This document shows positions 60,201-64,000 of a stretch of 64,000 bases of DNA, one piece after another. The notes below the pieces were generated by a model. That model did no database searches, had not been told where the DNA came from, and saw only the letters and a list, made by a program, of their open reading frames with translations. Position numbers and translations under genes: made by a program. The DNA is from Podarcis vaucheri (lineage: Eukaryota). The stretch lies in NCBI GenBank assembly GCA_965113315.1, contig OZ220364.1; one strand, written 5' to 3'. Position 1 is the first letter of the stretch, and every line of letters begins with the position of its first letter.

Positions 60201-62320
60201 TGGCATCCCTGATGCATAATATTTGGAGATGCTAATTTACAAACATAGATGCCTCTCAGCAGCTGAGCCCACAACTGCACTAGACATTTTATATAGTATC
60301 ATACCACATAGTCATGGCTTCCCCCTAAAGGATCCTGGGAACCATAGCAGGGTAGCAATCACTCCCTCTTTCCAGGGAACTTTGGGAATTGTAGCTGAGT
60401 AATGGAAAATAGAGGTCTTCTAACAAATCTCTGCACCCTTAACTACAGTCCTCAGGATTCTTGAGGGAACTCATGGCTATTTAAATTGGTATGATTATGC
60501 TTTAAAAATGTATAATGCAGATGTGGCTTAAGATGATGGGTGGCTGGGTATCAACACCACTCTGCTTCAGAGGGCATCCAATCACCCTATAAAAAAAGCT
60601 TCCTTCAACAAAGCTTTTAAAATGGGAGGGAAAGGGGCAGGAGATCTAGGCTCTGGCTCAGAATAGCCAGTGCTTGGTCCCTACTTGGGAGCCTGCTAAA
60701 AACTTAATGGTCCACTTTCCTGAAACAGGTTAGATCAAAGCCACCTGAATTAACACACAGTAACCTTCAATGAGATGGAGTAGTGGTTGTTGTTTTTTAA
60801 TCTAGTCTCCTGCAGTGAGAGTAGATTTGATTATTAAGAACAGGAAATGCCATGTCAAAAGCATCAGGCTATATTACAGGCAGCTGATGGGAAAGCCAAA
60901 AGGTGATATCACAGCAATCACAGAATATGTCAATCACGCCATATCTTCTCTTCATGAAAGGATGATAGGGCAAGTTAACTCCCAATAGCTTACTCCATCA
61001 TTACATTAATGTTTCCCCAGTCTAGAAGGAAAAACTCACAGAAACAGAAGATCATAAATACCAATAAATTCCCTGGAGAGGGTTGAGAGTGGTCCGTTCT
61101 CTGAGCTCTAAAGTATTTGCTGATGCAGCTATTTGATGCCAAATAAAAGTGTGGTTTGTCCTCCAAGACATGACATTACCATAGGTAATATAGAGGACAT
61201 GCTGGGCACACGCTGCGATAAAGCCACCAAATTACACAACAAGAAGAGAGGCAAACCTTCGCTAATTGGCACAGACGATCTTAATTTGCATGATTCAGAT
61301 CTGAGTATTTTGATTCTGTATCACTGGATCAATGCAGATGTAATGCTTCTAACATTGTAACCACGGTTAAAAAAACTGGTAGCCATGGGATCGTGTGCTA
61401 CTTGGTATAAATCCCTCTCTCTCCAGCACAAATCTAATCCCCACTCTTATCCATTGGTTTGACCAGAATTTGAACCCAGCATTGGGTTGCAGAATCAGGA
61501 GTGTTGCGTAAAGTGATCTACTGCAACTCCTCACTCATTTTGAGCAACGGATCGCACCCGTTCAATAATTCTGTTACTTTACAATTATAAAAATGAACCA
61601 GTTTATGATAAATTCTTGACCAAAGAATTGTCCTGCTGGACCTGGCCCAGGGCCTATCAAGTTCAGTATTCTGTTTTCACAGTGGCTAAACAGGTGTCTA
61701 CAGAAAGCCCACAAGCAGGGCACATGGGCAACAGTGCTCTCTTGACTGTGATCCCCAGCGATAGGATTTGTCTAGTCTGAATCTGTATTGAATTGTTTTA
61801 TTCACTTGTGTTTGCCATCCTAGGCTTCTTTCGGAAGAAATGGGGGAGGGGAAAGTTAATTAAACAAATTAATCCATCCATCAAATAAGCTAGTATTCAG
61901 AGGCATGTAGCGTCTGATACTGGAGGTACCAGGGCTATCTGATATAGCATTATCCTCCAGATATTTTGACTTCTGTTCTGCTCATGTATAAACTTTGTAC
62001 GCACTATAAGAGAGCTCATATCACATTGCCTGGGTGCTAAGACATAGTTTGGCTTAGCATTGCATGCAAACACATTTTACTCTAAGCACAAAATTACTCT
62101 AAGCACAAAATTAAGCAGTACATTACAAACTAAGTTATCATGAATTTTTACTGGCGGCACAAATATTGGCAAAGATACATGGTTTTATAGGAAATGCTAT
62201 AAAATGCAAACTAGAAATAACACAAAGTTGTTTTAAAAAAATGAGATACTTACTTTGCCATGAGTTTTGCTATTCGGTGACAGTCATTCTTGTCATAGAA
62301 CCAGATACTGTAAATTGACA
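45183..62320 (-). CDS. DCP1A: mRNA-decapping enzyme 1A, partial: 7 exons (human-equivalent exons 4-10); the 5' exons lie beyond the window end
   Basis: End of EVH1 domain (SIYSIWFYDKNDCHRIAKLMA), motif I (DILEMLSKAK), HLTVEELFG, DLLQKLRLTPQH, C-terminal trimerisation domain (SQLQETLIYLIKNDANFLSTLHEVYLQVL); adjacent to TKT as in human 3p21. Confidence 0.95.
45397..45638 (+). mobile_element. Tc1/mariner (Tigger-like) MITE
   Basis: TA-CAGTGGTACCTCGGGTTA...TAACCCAAGGTAGCACTG-TA. Confidence 0.9.
48200..48416. mobile_element. Degenerate Tigger-like MITE
   Basis: Imperfect TIR (ATACCTCATTTTG / CAAAACGAGTGTAC) around a CpG-richer interior with GATCCGTTCCGGAG. Confidence 0.45.
48685..48903 (-). CDS. 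DCP1A: DCP1A exon (9)
   Basis: VASPQFAAATTTMAPSVLLSPSVFQQS...SSSPLTLG...SQLQETLIYLIK; cag| and |gtacag. Confidence 0.94.
49557..49893 (-). mobile_element. Sauria-type SINE
   Basis: Same family; 13-bp TSD TAAAGGAGAACTA (49544-49556 / 49894-49906). Confidence 0.92.
50053..50118 (-). CDS. DCP1A: DCP1A exon (8)
   Basis: VAQQSKELETFSHPKALSKASQ, resembling human SMQQNQDPEVFVQPKVLSS; tag| and |gtatgt. Confidence 0.85.
51099..51848 (-). CDS. DCP1A: DCP1A exon (7), large low-complexity exon
   Basis: PCSSIPKHLTVEELFGTSFPKE...DLLQKLRLTPQHD...AIPSVQ; 750 nt; tag| and |gtcag. Confidence 0.93.
53765..53990 (-). mobile_element. Tc1/mariner (Tigger-like) MITE, opposite orientation
   Basis: CAGTGGTACCTCGGGTTA...TAACCCGAGGTACCACTG-TA; interior is the reverse complement of the 45397 copy. 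Confidence 0.9.
54553..54732. mobile_element. hAT MITE, young
   Basis: TIR CAGTGCTTTTTTT / AAAAAAAGCACTG; perfect 8-bp TSD GATACAAC. Confidence 0.88.
54811..54921 (-). CDS. DCP1A: DCP1A exon (6)
   Basis: NQKSDLICWTQPSANPTKTENTEISEHGSSMLQMQDH; tag| and |gtatgt; 111 nt, phase 0; weakly similar to human NQMGDSNISS...QDK. Confidence 0.8.
58546..58669 (-). CDS. DCP1A: DCP1A exon (5)
   Basis: VVQEEAQRSQLLLQDRRSVSRINGCTDILEMLSKAKVEYEQ; tag| and |gtaag. Confidence 0.93.
62254..62320 (-). CDS. DCP1A: DCP1A exon (human exon 4 equivalent)
   Basis: SIYSIWFYDKNDCHRIAKLMAK; aag| and |gtaagt; 67 nt. Confidence 0.95.
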
Positions 62321-62354
62321 CTTGAGGAAGGTATTTTAAAAAAGACAGAATATT

Positions 62355-62360
62355 TTATTA

Positions 62361-62415
<55 letters not shown>
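62355..62415. repeat. (TTA)n microsatellite
   Basis: ~20 units with one interruption. Confidence 0.95.
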
Positions 62416-62418
<3 letters not shown>

Positions 62419-64000
62419 CATTTTGATTACAGAATATCTTCAAATAGAAAACATCAGGATGCATAGATTACAAATTCTGTACTTAAAATGATTTATGCAC
62501 ATATGAGCAGTACTACTGGCTAATTTCAAATATTCTTGGAAACAGGAGCAACAAATAATAAAACAGATGTTAGGTTATGGTATTACACTTGCTAGTGAAC
62601 AATTTAATATGTACAACCATACTGAAAACAAACATCTTGTTCCCAGGCAAAAGCTTTAATCTTAGGCCAAACAAAAGGTTACATGTAAAAAGCTCCCGAT
62701 CTGACAGGTTAAATTACAGGCGGGTCAGATAAAATGAGCACTTAAGACTAGTGCAGAACCCAAAGTGCAGTGCAAATCAACATAACATTCAGCCCAGTTA
62801 TATGTGTATGATAATTATGAACCATTCACTTAGAAGTCAGTAGCAGCTTAAATTAGACTTTGGATTTAACATTATACAGTTAACTGGATGTACCAGTAAG
62901 TCCCATTTAGTTCAGTGGGACTTACTTCTGAGTAGGTATGTGTATGCTTGTACCATTAAAATGCTATGAAGTTAACAACATTAACTCAAAAGAGAATTCT
63001 GTATAAGCGTTAAATACATTTAAAAAGGTTATTTCACTTTCTGCCCTGGGAGTGAAAAAGAAAAGGTCTAAACTAAAGGAACCAGAAATTTGTCAGACTG
63101 CATGAGTCTTTCCTTTTGCTTCACTCTGTACTTCTAGCCTTTCATCTGACACACATATACAAAGTCCTTTCTGTGTCACCTTCCTGACTATAAACCTTCA
63201 TTCTATTCTTGCAAAGTAGTAAAAAGGATCTAGCAAGAAGGAAACTCAAGGTCAGGAGGCAAGGCAGCCGGAGGAAGAGAGACTAAGTAACGGACTAAAT
63301 AACAGAGTCCCAAGAGAGGATGGGTAAAGGAAGCAAAGGATATGAAGCAGAATAAACAAAGGAAAAGGCACTGTTAAGAAAACCATCGCATGGGAACAGG
63401 AAGAAGAGTAGCTCTGCTACTGGGGTAGAGACAAAATGAAGACGCAGGATGAGTGATGCCCAGTTTAGTAATCTGATTTGAAATAACTGTGGACTCTAAA
63501 AAAGATATAATATACTACAGATAATAGAACAGGGATTGGGAACTGGATCAAGCTAGCAGGCCCATAATTCCATGGAACAGGAACCTTGTGGCCAGGTCTC
63601 AGTGTTAAGAGATTCTGGCTCAATTCACACAAAACACTAAACCATACTTAACAAAAATTGGGATTCAGTAAGGGACAAATTCTTAAATAAAAATTTGGAG
63701 ATGTGATTCCATTCAGCGTTGTGAAATATTAAATCTTTGAAAGCAGGTGACTATTGCAATGCAAAACTATCTTTTAAAGAAACTGGTTCATAGCTGTGTC
63801 CTAAACATCAAAAAAGTAATAATACTCAGTTAGAAAGTACTTCTGAACCCACTGCTGTCGCTTTAGGTTCAGGTGGCCTCAGTGGGACAGAGTGCCTTCT
63901 ATCAGCTTTGGCTGCTGGCCCAACCGCACCCCTATCTGGATATGCCCAGCTTATGTCATCTAGGCTCTGGTAACCTCTAGGTTAGATTACTGCAACACAA

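Noticed and set aside
59780-60290. GC-richer block containing a 155-aa minus-strand ORF
   Set aside because: No recognisable protein motif or splice structure; probably an old DNA-transposon interior whose ends I could not define.

Overview
Vertebrate genomic DNA from a squamate reptile, probably a lacertid lizard (inferred from Sauria-type SINEs, CR1 with an (ATTCTATG)n tail and abundant reptile MITEs). It holds two tandem minus-strand genes. (1) The complete transketolase gene TKT: 14 coding exons at 2930-37254, all GT-AG, giving an 1884-nt CDS (627 aa), with a CpG-island promoter at ~36.9-37.9 kb. (2) The 3' part of the decapping cofactor gene DCP1A: 7 exons equivalent to human exons 4-10 at 45183-62320, plus a ~4.6-kb 3' UTR whose poly(A) signal lies only ~3.3 kb upstream of the TKT start codon. 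The first ~0.8 kb may be the end of a convergent 3' UTR (PRKCD by human synteny; not provable here). Introns carry many SINEs, LINE fragments, hAT and Tc1/mariner MITEs (several nested, several with target-site duplications) and microsatellites. I found no convincing new multi-gene system. The best leads are an intact minimal hammerhead-ribozyme core in a Penelope-like fragment in sense orientation in TKT intron 6, a perfect NRF2 ARE with AP-1 sites in TKT intron 4, a possible repeat-derived alternative terminal exon in TKT intron 1 that is in frame with exon 1, a (GTAT)n microsatellite made of tandem splice-donor motifs at TKT exon 5, and TE-derived sequence in the TKT promoter. Comparisons with human proteins are from memory and need alignment to confirm.
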